Shown here: positions 1 through 12,363 of the stretch, piece by piece
How the letters are laid out: each line of letters opens with the position of its first letter
Numbering within the stretch: position 1 is the stretch's first letter
The notes under the pieces: generated by a model
What the model was told of the DNA's origin: nothing
Seen by the model: the letters and a program-made list of their open reading frames with translations, nothing else
Database searches by the model: none
Position numbers and translations under genes: made by a program
Source: Octopus sinensis
Taxonomy: Eukaryota
DNA length: 64,000 nt
Assembly (NCBI RefSeq): GCF_006345805.1
Contig: NC_043003.1
Coordinates: 102,548,001-102,612,000, forward strand
Reading direction: 5' to 3'

Positions 1-310
1 GTTTTGTAACTAGCTAAAGTTTGATGATGGCTTAGCAGGTTGAAACTTCAAAGTCACTATCAACAACATTCTTGTATAAGAATGATAAATTTGTACTCTA
101 GAAAAGTGTAGAGTAAGCCATCAGATTAATGTAAAATTGTTTTCATTATAACTGAACATGAAATATTAATAATATTAACATTAATAATAATTAATATATA
201 TTCTGTAAATAGCAATAATTATAAACTTTAAGCTTATAAGCATTCACTGTGTATTGGCTAAAGAAATACACACACACACAGACACACAGACACAAACACA
301 TGTATGTATA

Positions 311-526
311 TTCTTTTCTCCTCTAGGCACAAGGCCTGAAATTTTTGGCGGAGGGGGCCAGTCGATTACATCAACCCCAGTATGCAACTGGTACTTAATT
401 TATCGATCCTGAAAGATGAAAGGCAAAGTCGACCTCAGTGGAATTTGAACTCAGAACATGATGACAGACAAAATACTGCTAAGAATTTCGCACTGTGTGC
501 TAATGTTTCTGCCAGCTCACCACCTT
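311..526 (-). mobile_element. tRNA-headed SINE with Nin/Inv-like core (Nin-type SINE)
   Basis: Reverse complement reads GGTGAGCTGGCAGAAAC...GAGTTCAAATTCCACTGAGGTCGACTTTGCCTTTCATC...AAATTAAGTACCAG; about 9 similar copies in the window. Confidence 0.8.
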
Positions 527-1724
527 CACATGTATGTATATTGGAGTGAAGCAAGCATCATCCTAGTAGGTGCTGCACAATAATGTCAGATGCATTTCTT
601 CTTTGGCCTTGTCAATAACATATACCTGGTTGTCACGTGCCTAGATACAAAGTTTGTCCCCTCAGTTTTACGGAGAACAGTGAATAATACATTTGATGAT
701 ATTGCGGAAAGCTTGCCAAGTTCAAGACAGCTCAGTATACACAATTGTAACATTAATTAAAATAACCATTTGTGTATGATACTTAAGGTATATGTGTGTG
801 TGTACATTATACATATATCTGACTGTCTGTCTAATGTGCAGTATATATGTGTGTGTGTGCGCGTGTGTGAATGAGTGTGCATTATTCATATACACATAAA
901 AGCTGTCATCATCATTATCATAGTTTTTGTTTTCCTTTTTAACACCTAGTGTTTTCCCTGATAGCACAGGAGAGATCAGTTTACAATGCACACATACACA
1001 CATAAACGCGGATGTGCACACAGAGTTTGTAGGAGTTTTATCAATATAATTAACAGGATCTCATTAACCAATATCATTGTATTTTCCTCAGTACAAAGTC
1101 CTAAGTTTCTGGCTCCATAAGCAGTGGTAGGTTGAATTTTTTCTCTCTACGTAATTATTGACTCTACGTATGTAAACAAGTGAACATATGTGTGAATGTC
1201 TGTGTGTGTGCATGCATGGAAGTATACGTTTGTAATCTGTATTTGTGTATGCCAGTGTGTGTGTGTGTGTGTGTAGGCAATGCAGCTGTGTGTGTGTGCA
1301 ATGGAGATGACTATTGCAAAGTTGGTAAGCAGAAAGTAGTGCAGTTACCACGGTAACTTGATGCACAACAAATGTTGTTAATTACACCCATTATCCAAGG
1401 CAGCTTAAATTTAACCTTAATGTAATTCCAAATAGTGCTGCAGACACCCCATTCTACAAACTGTTACTAATGCTGCACCAGTCAACTAGTACTGCAGTGA
1501 AAGTAGACTGCGATTAACAGCATGGCTGCTGGTGTTTGTACCAACACAGATCTTATCAAAATGTAAGAGGGTAAGAAGCAAATCTGATTTAAAACAAACA
1601 AAAATAGGTTTTACTAACAATACACAAACTACATGTATTTAGTTACTAAAGGCTATAACTGAATTGGTACTAGCTCTGCCACTATAGTGTGTGTGTATAT
1701 ATATATATACATGCACACATATAT

Positions 1725-1875
1725 AGGTACAGGCATAACTGTGTGGTTAAGAAGTTCGCTATTAGCCACATGGTTTCAGGTTCAATCACACTGTGTGGCA
1801 CCTAGAGCAAGTGTTTCTTTTTAGTATAGTCTTTGACCAAATTCTTGTAAGTTTGGCAAATGGAAACTAAAGAGT
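1725..1875 (+). mobile_element. CORE-type SINE, 5' part
   Basis: A-box/B-box-like head then GGCACCTAGAGCAAGTGT, a decayed ACCTTGGGCAAGT CORE motif; ends in (TA)n. Confidence 0.6.
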
Positions 1876-1898
1876 TCCTGTTATATATATATATATAT

Positions 1899-1933
<35 letters not shown>

Positions 1934-2106
1934 GTTAATCCAACATGAAAACACAAAGAGAAACACAACAATGCGAGGATGTGGAACAAGAAAGGAAAGA
2001 AAGGAGATTTAACATTTTAAGTGGAGCACTTCGTCAGAAACATAGGAAAAGGAAAGATCCAAGGAAGGGAAGATGGAGGAAAAAAAATCGCCAACGATAC
2101 ACACAC

Positions 2107-2112
<6 letters not shown>
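1934..2112 (-). mobile_element. Short (TA)n-embedded element with decayed hammerhead-like motif (Penelope-terminus-like, family A)
   Basis: Flanked by (TA)n on both sides; minus strand GTTT-CTGACGA-A-GTGCTCCACTT-AAAAT-GTT-AAAT; homologous to 26839-26973. Confidence 0.6.
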
Positions 2113-2153
<41 letters not shown>

Positions 2154-2157
<4 letters not shown>

Positions 2158-3190
2158 GATGGAACATCACACCTGAGTAGAACTCGTATCTGGAAACCTT
2201 GTGACATAGTTAGATTGTTGAAAAGATTGATAATATGATCCCTGGAAGGGACATTTATATCTACTTCATGTAACTAATATCTTTTTAAACACCAGAGGGG
2301 AATAACTCATAGCACCTGTGCAATATTTTTTTAAAGACTCAAGGGAAATAAACCATTTCATTGTTTATGTTCGATTACTTTGAATATTGATTTTTTTTAT
2401 GTGTCCTATCTCTAATTTTTGTAGACAATAACACTTATTTTTATTTGACATGTGACTAAAACTCATGTGTGGAAACTTTGTGACATACTTAGATTGATGA
2501 AAAAAAGTGATAATAGGGCCCTTCCAATGGATCCTTCTATCAACTACATATTACTAATATTTTACTTAAACAACCCAAGGGAAATAACCCATACCACCTG
2601 CAGATTTAGCGAAGCGATCAATATTTAATTCTCACGATCAGCTGACTTAATGCTGTATTTCACTACTCACAATTTTGAATGGCTAAACATTATTATTGCA
2701 CTTCCTTAATTTGAATCTTAAACCTTAAAGACTTCATTCATACATTTCTATATATACATACTTTTTTGAATGCCCATTACTCCGATAATTCTGCATTTTT
2801 ACAGTTACACTTTTTCTATCACAGTAGATAAATTTTTTATTCCACAACGTTTTTTTAGTGGCTTCATGCAGGCATAGTGTGAATTTGATCCTTGATTGCC
2901 AAATTTCACTTAGCACTTCAACGGTGCTTTTTTCATAGTAAAACAATAGTTTCTCTGTGAATGACAGTAGTTATACATTCCCCAAATGCTTTTGCTAAGC
3001 AGAATAATGTCTTTGCCTCCCGCCAACCTCCAACAATCTCTCTCTCCTCCAGCTGACACTTTTTTGTACATTTTGTGACCGAAAATACACCTTTTGTGGC
3101 AGTTATAACAAAATTGCTTTCTTATATCAGAGTAATAAGGCATTTCAATAGAACATCTTTACCCCTGGGAATTACTGGGTACACCAGCTA

Positions 3191-3191
<1 letters not shown>
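2154..3191 (+). mobile_element. Putative non-autonomous Helitron remnant
   Basis: Ends in degenerate hairpin ACCCCTGGGAATTACTGGGT, then ACACCAG-CTAG|T (Helitron 3' signature); internal diverged direct repeats at about 2181 and 2460. 5' end not identified. Confidence 0.4.
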
Positions 3192-3231
<40 letters not shown>

Positions 3232-3640
3232 ATCTACAACCAAAAGAGTTACTAATAATTTCATGCTTTTATGATACTTTAACTAGGCATGTTTATAAAC
3301 TCTGCCATATATCTCTATGCAATCTTTCAGGCTCTTTTTATGGATGGAGTACATTTTTTTATTCTATTCATACTGGATCTATAAACTCTGTGTGAGTGTG
3401 TGTCCTTCTCTTGACATCACAATGGCGTAAATATGTATCATTGTTACACAATTGGTGTCACTCATTTTTAATAAGCCATAAAACATGTCTGGCTATGGGG
3501 AAGCAGTTGAGAGTTGGTGACAGGACTGGTATCTGGCAATAAAAAAAGTCTACCTCAACAAATTCTGCCCAACCCATGCAAACATAGAAAAACAAACACT
3601 AAAAACAGATTGTGATGATGATGTATTTATAATGTGTGTG

Positions 3641-3677
<37 letters not shown>

Positions 3678-3682
3678 TTATG

Positions 3683-4041
3683 CTTTACTAGTTTTAGTCA
3701 TTGGACAACAGCCATATTAGGGTTGTAGTTGAACAAATTAACCCCAGTGCTTATTTTTTAAATCTGGCATTTCAGTCTCTATTGCCAAACTGCTAAGTTA
3801 CAGAGACAGTTGTCAAGTGGGTGTGGGGGTGAAGGGGGTACAAACATTGAACACAAAGACACACGTACACACATGCATATACAATGGGCTTCCACACAGT
3901 TTTCATGTTTACCAAAGTCACTCACAAGGCATTGGGCACTCTGGTTTATATCCGAAGACACTTACCCAAAGTGCTTCACAGTAGGCACTGAACCTGAAAC
4001 CATGGGATCTCAATGTGAGCTTCTTAACTACATAGCCATAT

Positions 4042-4048
<7 letters not shown>
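3683..4048 (-). mobile_element. CORE-type SINE
   Basis: Same head/CORE/microsatellite/tail layout as 12364-12725. Confidence 0.75.
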
Positions 4049-4079
<31 letters not shown>

Positions 4080-4111
<32 letters not shown>

Positions 4112-4335
4112 AAACATTTAACATTTGTTTTCCATGCTGGTGTGGGTTGGATGGCTAGACAGGAACTGGCAAGGCCAGGGGCCACACCAGTCTCTATAGT
4201 CTGTTTTGGCTTGGTTTCTATGGCCGAATGCTCTTCCTGACACCAACCACTCCACAGACTGCTCTGAATGCTTTTTACATAGTGCCAGCACCAATGCTTT
4301 TTATGTGACACCAGCACTCACACCAATGCTTTTTA
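4080..4335 (-). mobile_element. RTE LINE 3' end, (GAT)n tail
   Basis: (CAT)n followed by a decayed TTTAACAT..TTTCCATGCTGG..GATGCTCTTCCTGACACCAACC block. Confidence 0.6.
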
Positions 4336-4897
4336 TGTTGCACAAAAGAGGCGAATTCAAATCATGTAAAGAATGTGGTCTTGACTCAAGTTTTGCACTA
4401 AATTGATTTTCAAGTGAGATATATTGAACCACCAGGGGATTCGAACACAAAACCAAGAAATTACCAAACCAGTCACAGTGACATCTGCATTGTTTTACTG
4501 CATCAACTACCTTCAGGTGTCTAAATATTGCCAGTATATTGAGTGTATCATTTACTAGGCTGTGCTAAAACACATCATTAATAGTAACCCAATACACTTG
4601 GTCTGTTCAGTGACAAATAAGAGATTTAAGCAGAGCTTCTATTTGTACAAGAATATATTATTACTGTGATTGACAATTAATGGGGATTACTTTCAGGAAA
4701 TAGAGTTTGGCAGTAAAACAGTGGCATAGAATCAAATGCCTTTGTTTTGGTTGATAACAGAGGAGTGGGAGTGAACAGCTCCACCTCCTCCTCCCCACAA
4801 ACTCTCTCTCTCTCTTTGCATACACACATCTTTACATCAGCATTGAAGCAGGTATCTAGCATGCATACAAAAGTAAAAAACAGTTTGGCAGAGAGAG

Positions 4898-5368
4898 ATG
4901 CACACACACACACACACACACACACCACACACACACACACACACACACCACACACACACACATACACCACACACACACATAGTGGTGATGAACAACTAAT
5001 CTGGAACTGTAGTGATTCTCAAGAAAGAATGAACACACACATGCACACATAAGCACACACATATGTATATATATATATATATTAATGATTTAGATGTATT
5101 TCTACATTTTCTGATTTTGTATATATACATATATATGCACACATACATAGACATACAACATGTATACATACATACACACAAACATGTATACATACATACA
5201 TACATACATACATACATACATACATACATACATACATACATACATACATGCATACATACATACATACATACATACAAACATACATACACACAAACATGTA
5301 TACATACATACATACATACATACATACAAACATACATACACACAAACATGTATACATACATACATACA

Positions 5369-5401
<33 letters not shown>

Positions 5402-5525
5402 CTACACAGAGGCAAATATCCATGCTGAAATATACATTTAGAGACATTGACATGCATATTCTTAAACACACACACACACACATACATATAAACATGCACA
5501 CACATATACATAAACACACACACAC
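4898..5525. repeat. Compound (CA)n/(TA)n/(TACA)n microsatellite
   Basis: Direct reading; source of the spurious CVCV/YIHT ORFs. Confidence 0.95.
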
Positions 5526-5805
5526 ACAGAGCCAAGATGATCAACAGCTAAATATATTCAGACTCATGCAGAGATCACAGCAGATGAGCTTTCAAGTTGA
5601 GTTAGACAGCAATTGCTGTCACTAATAACTACAGCACAAATGATACCACACACTGTTTCTTTTTAGCCTTTAGCACACAGGAGTCCTTCACATGGAAACC
5701 CAGGCACCTCACATCAGACATGGATCTGAACTGCTTCCATGAACAGAGACCACAAAAAAAAAATCTCTCTATGGAAACATGGCATTTTTGTTTCCTTTCA
5801 CAGCC

Positions 5806-6292
5806 ATCGAAATCGATCAAAAATCAATGGAAATTGTAGTTGTGATACCAGTGGTGGTGGCACGTAAAAGAACCATCCAAACGTGGCCGTTGCCAGCGCC
5901 AGCTCGACTAGCCTCCATGTCAGTGGCACATAAAAAGCATCAACTGATTGTGGCCATTGCTAGCCTCGCCTGGAACCTGTGCTGGTGGCACGTAAAAGAA
6001 CCATCCAAACGTGGCCGTTGCCAGCGCCAGCTCGACTAGCCTCCATGTCAGTGGCACATAAAAAGCATCAACTGATTGTGGCCATTGCTAGCCTCGCCTG
6101 GAACCTGTGCTGGTGGCACGTAAAAGGCACCCACTACACCCACGGAGTGGTTGGCGTTAGGAAGGGCATCCAGCTGTAGAAACACTGCCAGATCAGACCG
6201 GGCCTGGTGCAGCCTCCTGGCTTCCCAGACCCCAGTCGAACCGTCCAACCCATGCTAGCATGGAAAGCAGACGTTAAACGATGATGATGATG
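5806..6292 (+). mobile_element. RTE LINE 3' UTR with internal 128-bp tandem duplication
   Basis: Ends GGAAGGGCATCCAGCTGTAG...CCAACCCATGCTAGCATGGAAAGCAGACGTTAAACG(ATG)n; TGGTGGCACGTAAAAG recurs at 5855, 5983 and 6111. Confidence 0.85.
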
Positions 6293-7172
6293 AACACAGT
6301 TACTGTGAATGCCAGAAACCCACAGTGTCAGGTAATTTCTTATGTCAATGTCACATACATAACAGCCTGAAGACTGAGTACAAGAAAATACTTCAGCTCT
6401 GATCAGTTACTGATCCTCTGTAAACTTAAATGTAATCCACACTGGTGTGTACCATTGTATATGTGGAATGGCACTGCTACTACTACTACACTCTTGAATA
6501 ACTTAGACCAAAGCCATTGGATTATGTTCCCTCGAACAACAAGCTGCATACTGCCTCCATTTAAGTCCATTTCATGTACACGTCTCTACTCCTCTCTCGT
6601 CATCAAAGCAGTTGCAACAGGATGGTGGGAATCCTTATTATCATCATCATTGTCAGTACTGACCAGTAGATGTTTATATATCTTTCAAGGATTACAGGAA
6701 CAGAACTATTTCTTTGGTTAACTCTTTTGTCACGATATTTCTATTGAAATACATTCCATTTTTTACAACTAATTAAAAAAATATAGACATATTTAGTAAC
6801 ATAACTATCACCTAGTGCAAGGCATTGAGCTGGAACAATAGCTAGGGCATCAGAAAAAATTGCTTTACAGTGTTGGTTCTGGCTTATGCTCTGAGTATAC
6901 CACGAAGGTCACTTTTGCTTTTTATCCCCCCAGTACTGATAAAAATAAAATATTAGTCAAATGAATTGACTCCAATACTTATTCTATTTTTTTTTAAAGC
7001 TTGGTACTTAATTTTTTCAGTCTATTTTGCCAAATTACTAAGTTACAGGGATGTAAACACCAGCACCACTTGTCAAGTGGTGGTAGAGGACAAACATGGA
7101 CACAAAGAATCACACGCACACACACACACACACACACGTGTGCATGCACATATATATATATATATATATATA

Positions 7173-7480
7173 TCTCACATGATCATGTGACCGACCAGGC
7201 TATCAGATGTTGCTACACATCACTGGTCACAATACGCTTCGCATTGTTTTAGCCTTCAAATAACGCCACCTCGCTGGCTAAGTGAGCAGGCCAACAGAAG
7301 AAAGAGTGAGAGAAAGTTGTGGCGAAAGAGTACAGCAGGGATCGCCACCACCCCCTGCCAGATCCTCATGGAGCTTTAGGTGTTTTTTCCTCAATAAACA
7401 CTCATAACACCCAGTCTGGGAATCGAAACTGTGATCCTACGACCGCAAGTCCGCTGCCCTAACCACTATTTTGCCTCCAC
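7173..7480 (-). mobile_element. tRNA-derived SINE (OR1/OR2-like head), tail type 1
   Basis: Minus strand starts GTGGAGGC..GTGGTTAGGGCAGCGGACTTGCGGTCGTAGGATC..GTTTCGATTCCCAGAC; shares head and body with 29913, 45924 and 63508 copies. Confidence 0.8.
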
Positions 7481-7550
7481 ATATATATAAATCAGTAAAT
7501 AGTGGGGTTGTGTTGACCGCACATGAAGAAATGATAGGAGAGGAAAAATT

Positions 7551-7790
7551 CATCAAAGATATGGTACTGTGATGGGTACCAAAGCTGCACCAGTCCTTGC
7601 AAACCTCATAAAAGGTTTATTTGAACTATCACTATATGAGATATCATGCCAGAAATTTGGACACCTTTTCCACAGCTACTTAATGGAAAACTGGAAAAGA
7701 TACTTAGATGATTGTTTCATCATATAGAAAGAATCTTATGAAAAGCTTCTGGAATTCAAAACCACACTGAACAACTTACATCCCAACAAT
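7551..7790 (+). pseudogene. Penelope-like element reverse transcriptase fragment
   Basis: Translates HQRYGTVMGTKAAPVLANLI...ENWKRYLDDCFII*KESYEKLLEFKTTLNNLHPNN: PLE RT motifs GxxMG..AP..ANL, W.RY(I/L)DD, LN..HP; one in-frame stop. Confidence 0.85.
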
Positions 7791-8033
7791 TGGTATACTT
7801 ATTTATTAATTTTTGTATATATGTATTATTATTTTTTTAAAAAAGACATTGTAAATTTCTTCCGCAATTAAAAAAAATTTTCTTTTCCCCTTCCAAATCT
7901 TGAAAATTTGCCTTGCGATGAAAACCAGTTTGATGTTTTATTATTTTTTCTTTTTTAATTTTCCACACATCCATTTTTATCAAAATTTACTTTCAATTTA
8001 GCATTCTGCCTCTTATTATGATTTTTCCTCTCC

Positions 8034-8090
<57 letters not shown>

Positions 8091-9654
8091 TTGCTTCTTT
8101 CAGTTTCTGTCGTACAAATCCACTCACAAGGCTTTGGTCAGCCCAAGGCCATAGTAGAAGATAGTTGCCAAAGGTGCTATGCAGTGGGACTGAACCTGGA
8201 ACCATGTGGTTGGGAAGCAAACTTCTGTCCTTATATACTAGAATCGGAAACCATTATTAAGTGGGTGTTTGAAGCATAATTTAACAGGAAATTTTGATGA
8301 AAGAGCTTAATTTAGAATGATTTAAAACACGAATGTTTTATCACAGAATCAGGAACAGTCTTGGGGTGGATTGGTATCAAAAAGATTAATGGTAGTAAAA
8401 ATGGGGCGGGGACAAGAAATATCCATGAGAACTGTCATCTTAAAAGACATTTTCATGCAATATGTATCATCCACCCACATAGTATACCACTACAATATTG
8501 GAGAGTGAATCTGATGATCAGCAGCTATCTGTCTACATTCTCAAACACATGCATATACACATAGAAACATACATATATATACACTAATACACACATACAG
8601 AAACATATACGCACACAAATACACACACACATATATATATGCAAACACACACATACAGAAACATATACACACATACAGAAACATATACACACATGCACTG
8701 CACAAGCATACACAAAAATGCATGTACATGCACACAAACAATACAAATATATGCATACAAACAGACACAGTTATGTCCACATAGACACAGGCACAAACAT
8801 ATGCACACACACATGCAAAATCACACACACATAAGCATGTATGCTACTCAACGTATTCTCTTTGGGAAGAGCCAAATAAAGAATATTTTGCTATCCTTTG
8901 AGAGAGTCAGACAATAAACACACACACACACACACATCCACATCTTAATAATATACATTAGTCATTAGTCACAATATATATAACTACTGATTGATTATCA
9001 AATTATATCATAAAGTTTTGGGGAGGGAATCGTCAGCCTGTAAAGTACATTTGGCCCTACACTGCTATGGTATTACTATTACTATCTACAGATCTATGTC
9101 TGGAACAGAGCAAAGTACTGCTGTCTATATTACTACATTAGCTGGAATATCTGATAACGTTTAACCTTAAAAATAGCCATCCTACAGAAAACAAATAAAA
9201 TTAAATAAAAATAAAGTAAAAAATGAAAAACCCTCTAAATACAAAAATATCCACAGAATTAATTTAGAAGAGGATGCAGGAACAGTAGAATGGCTGATTA
9301 AATGTTTTGATAACAACCCAACTTGAGATTGCCCTTTAATTCTACGATACACATCTTGTGATAGAAATATCTAAATTAAAACCTACCATCAAAATTTTCA
9401 TGCTAATTTAAGTTCTAAACACCAGCTTAATTATAACAAACCTATTAGTCTCTTAGTTTTATGATACAAACTTCCTGTTTTAAAGTGATCTACATTAGAA
9501 CTTCCCTTCAAAATTTCATGCTAATTTATGTTCCAAATACCGGATTAATAAGGACAATGTTATTTTACGAAAATTTTATTATTTTTATTTTCAAAATTAA
9601 TTAAGACAGATTCATATTTTTGTATATTTATGTGCCCTTGTAGCTAATAAAGAA

Positions 9655-10103
9655 ATTATTATTATTATTATTATTATTATTATTGAGTGAGAGGGCAGTG
9701 CATACCATGAAAGTGACATGGGTAAAATATACGAAGCCCAGTATACCCATCATGACTACCCATCTGATAAGGGTACACCAGGCACATGCATCACAACCAT
9801 ATGTGCATGACATGGTGATCTCTATCAAGATAAACAGCGCATGACCTTGCAGGTGGGGCCCAGTTATAAATTTCTTCAAAACGAGTTGCCCATCTTGCTC
9901 AAATGGTCCCTGAATTAGGGTTGTTTAAGGATGTTGAAGGAAACACCTATGGTTCCAAAGGTGAATTATCCAAACCCTGAAGAATTCCTTTCAACACAAG
10001 GTTATGATGCTCCCCCACTACTTCTGCTCCTGATCAGAGATGCATATATCGTCAGCTACCAAGGGACATGCTCAACTGGTGAAGGTCAAAAAACTGACAA
10101 GCA
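9655..10103 (-). mobile_element. Unclassified (TAA)n-tailed interspersed repeat, copy 1
   Basis: About 420 bp colinear with 61968-62522; both end in CTCTCACTCAA(TAA)n on the minus strand. Confidence 0.7.
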
Positions 10104-10340
10104 AAGAAGAAGAAGAAGAAGAAGAAGAAGAAGAAGAAGAAGAAGAAGAAGAAGAAGAAGAAGAAGAAGAAGAAGAAGAAGAAGAAGAAGAAGAAGAAGA
10201 AGAAGAAGAAGACAGAAAGAAGAAGAAGAAGAAGAAGAAGAAGAAGAAGAAGAAGAGAAGAAGAAGAAGAAGAAGAAGAAGAAGAAGAGAAGAAGAAGAA
10301 GAAGAGAAGAAGAAGAAGAAGAAGAAGAAGAAGAAGAAGA
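10104..10340. repeat. (GAA)n tract of about 237 bp
   Basis: Direct reading; only a few interruptions. Confidence 0.98.
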
Positions 10341-10728
10341 CAGTGAGCAGGCAAAATGGTTAGCACATTGGACAAAATGATTAGTGGAATTTCTTTTGGC
10401 TTTTTACATTCCGAGTTCAAATCAATGTTATTTTACAAGATTTGTCATTATTTTCAGAATTAAATGAAGCAAATACAATGTATTTCAACAGAAATATAGC
10501 AAAAAAAAAAAAAAAGGTCAAGAGCTTGTTGTATTTATTTTTCTAGAGTTAACTTTTGGCATTCCATCCAGCTATCTATATTCTGAGTTTAAACAATGCC
10601 AACGTCCAACTTTACCTTTCATCCTTTTTGGGGTTCATAAATATGTACTGTCATGTATTGGAGTCAATGCTTTTCTCTCTCACTCTCACTTTTTTTTAGT
10701 CTTTCTCTTTCTCGCTTTCTCTTTCTAG

Positions 10729-10804
10729 AAGAAATTAGTGGTGGTCAAATTTGGAGAAGGACATCTTGGCTGGACCCATGTCTACTAGTGACTTTTGTGT
10801 CGCA
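10729..10804 (+). CDS. Candidate internal exon (phase 1 to 2) of unidentified gene
   Basis: Long polypyrimidine tract + TAG acceptor; GCA|GTATGA donor; reads EISGGQIWRRTSWLDPCLLVTFVS; phase-compatible with 11372. No homology recognised. Confidence 0.25.
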
Positions 10805-11371
10805 GTATGAGGAATCAAAGCAGACTTAAGGAAAGTTTACCTGTAGTCAGAGTATGTCAAATTGGACTTGCAAGTCCTAATCCGAGCCATCTGCAGGCAT
10901 GGGCACACTGGGCAGTTGCCTGGGGACTTCATAGGTTTAGAGGCCTAATTCTGATTTATGTATGATATGGCCTATTGTCAATAAATAAATACTATAGAGC
11001 CCAGTACATTCACTTTCCCAGGGGCCTGTAATGCTGTTAAGACACACCTGGTCCTAATGACCACTAATAATCACAAAGCAATACCAGAACTGTGCTGGGT
11101 CGAAGGCATTGAGACAAAGGGCATTAGATTGCTAATGCAGGGTAGAAAGCCTAGTTATTATATTTGTTAGAGTAAAATATACCTCAGAGCTGAATGTTCT
11201 AAAGAACTGCAAAGACTAATAAGGAAAATGAAAATAACGAAGAGCAACAGTAACAAGAACAATAAATCCTAGTTTTCAGAGCACCACAAGCCAAAATTCA
11301 GGGTATGGCAAACAAAATATTTTTAGGCATTGTATCACAAATAGATAAGCAAATTTCTCTTTCCTTGGTAG

Positions 11372-11429
11372 TATCAAACTTTTACTTTTATTGTGTAATG
11401 AGGAGGGATTGATTACAGATGAAAATAAG
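11372..11429 (+). CDS. Candidate internal exon (phase 2 to 0) of unidentified gene
   Basis: TTTCTCTTTCCTTGGTAG acceptor; AAG|GTAAGA donor; reads IKLLLLLCNEEGLITDENK. Confidence 0.4.
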
Positions 11430-11539
11430 GTAAGAAAAAAGAGGGGGAAAAAGTCATGAAAAAAGAAGACTCAATATAAAACAAGGAGCAATTTTCTTCT
11501 AAAAGTAAGGAGGAACAATTTCTTTTAAACAACAACAAA

Positions 11540-11900
11540 ATTCCATCTTGAGAAAATAACAAAGAAAATGCAGAGAATGAAGATGAATTAAGATTTACCA
11601 CTCTTCAAAAGTCAATCAAACAGTTAATAGACAAAATTATGCATCTTTGGTTCCATAGACACTCAGAAGGAATTCAACTGACACAAACATTTAGGTTCAG
11701 AATATAAAAAAGACAAATTGCTAGTAAAATTAAAATTAAGACTATACCAAACTTAAGAACGAATACCCACATAATATGGGTGTCTTTCAGTACCAAATAT
11801 CTCAAAAAGAAGAAAAGAATTTGCTTACTTATGCATTTGCTTGCTCTCGAATACAATTTGAGAAATGGTTAAATGATACACCAAACTGGAACAAACCAGA
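11540..11900 (+). pseudogene. Possible highly decayed RTE-type RT C-terminal fragment
   Basis: One frame gives LLVKLKLRLYQT*ERIPT*YG, resembling the RTE motif KLKLRLY..L.RP.L.YG; many stops and frameshifts. Confidence 0.3.
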
Positions 11901-12243
11901 AAACTTTTCATGTTTTATAACCTTCACTTATATTTTCTTTTCATTATTGTATACTTTATTTTACTTAGTTATTTCTGCACAAATATGAATGTGTGTATGC
12001 ATACATATCTGCAAATGTTTGCATATGTGTGTGTGCAAGTATGTATGTATGTATGTATGTATGTGTACAAGTACATGCACTGTTAAAATTCTCAAAGCAT
12101 CTTTCAATACAACATATAATGTCTGTCACTGTCTTCTATCACCAACACTCCACATTGTCTCATTTTCGTTTGTTCTTTGGTAATCTCTATTGAAAATTTC
12201 ATATTTTTTGTATATCTATTATTCCTTTGTAGCTAATGAAAAA

Positions 12244-12284
<41 letters not shown>

Positions 12285-12363
12285 TCTGCATGCATAAGCA
12301 AAAGCAGGGTATTGTAATCACTTGCCTTTGTCTATCTCTCTATCTCTTTTCTCTTTTTCTCTT

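Noticed and set aside
590-760. 56-aa ORF MHFFFGLVNNIYLVVTCLDTKFVPSVLRR...
   Set aside because: Reads protein-like but has no convincing acceptor/donor pair and no recognisable homology; left unresolved
4677-5625. Overlapping 90-180 aa ORFs (CVCV, YIHT repeats)
   Set aside because: Translations of (CA)n/(TACA)n microsatellite; same for ORFs at 8525-8917, 16783-17062, 30539-30822, 33019-33476 and 52301-52855
9931-10420. Poly-R/E/K/F ORFs
   Set aside because: Product of the (GAA)n tract
10729-10760. Minus-strand SPNLTTTNFF resembling mariner YSPDLAPSDF
   Set aside because: Only 10 codons with no flanking similarity; could be chance; noted as an alternative to the exon call
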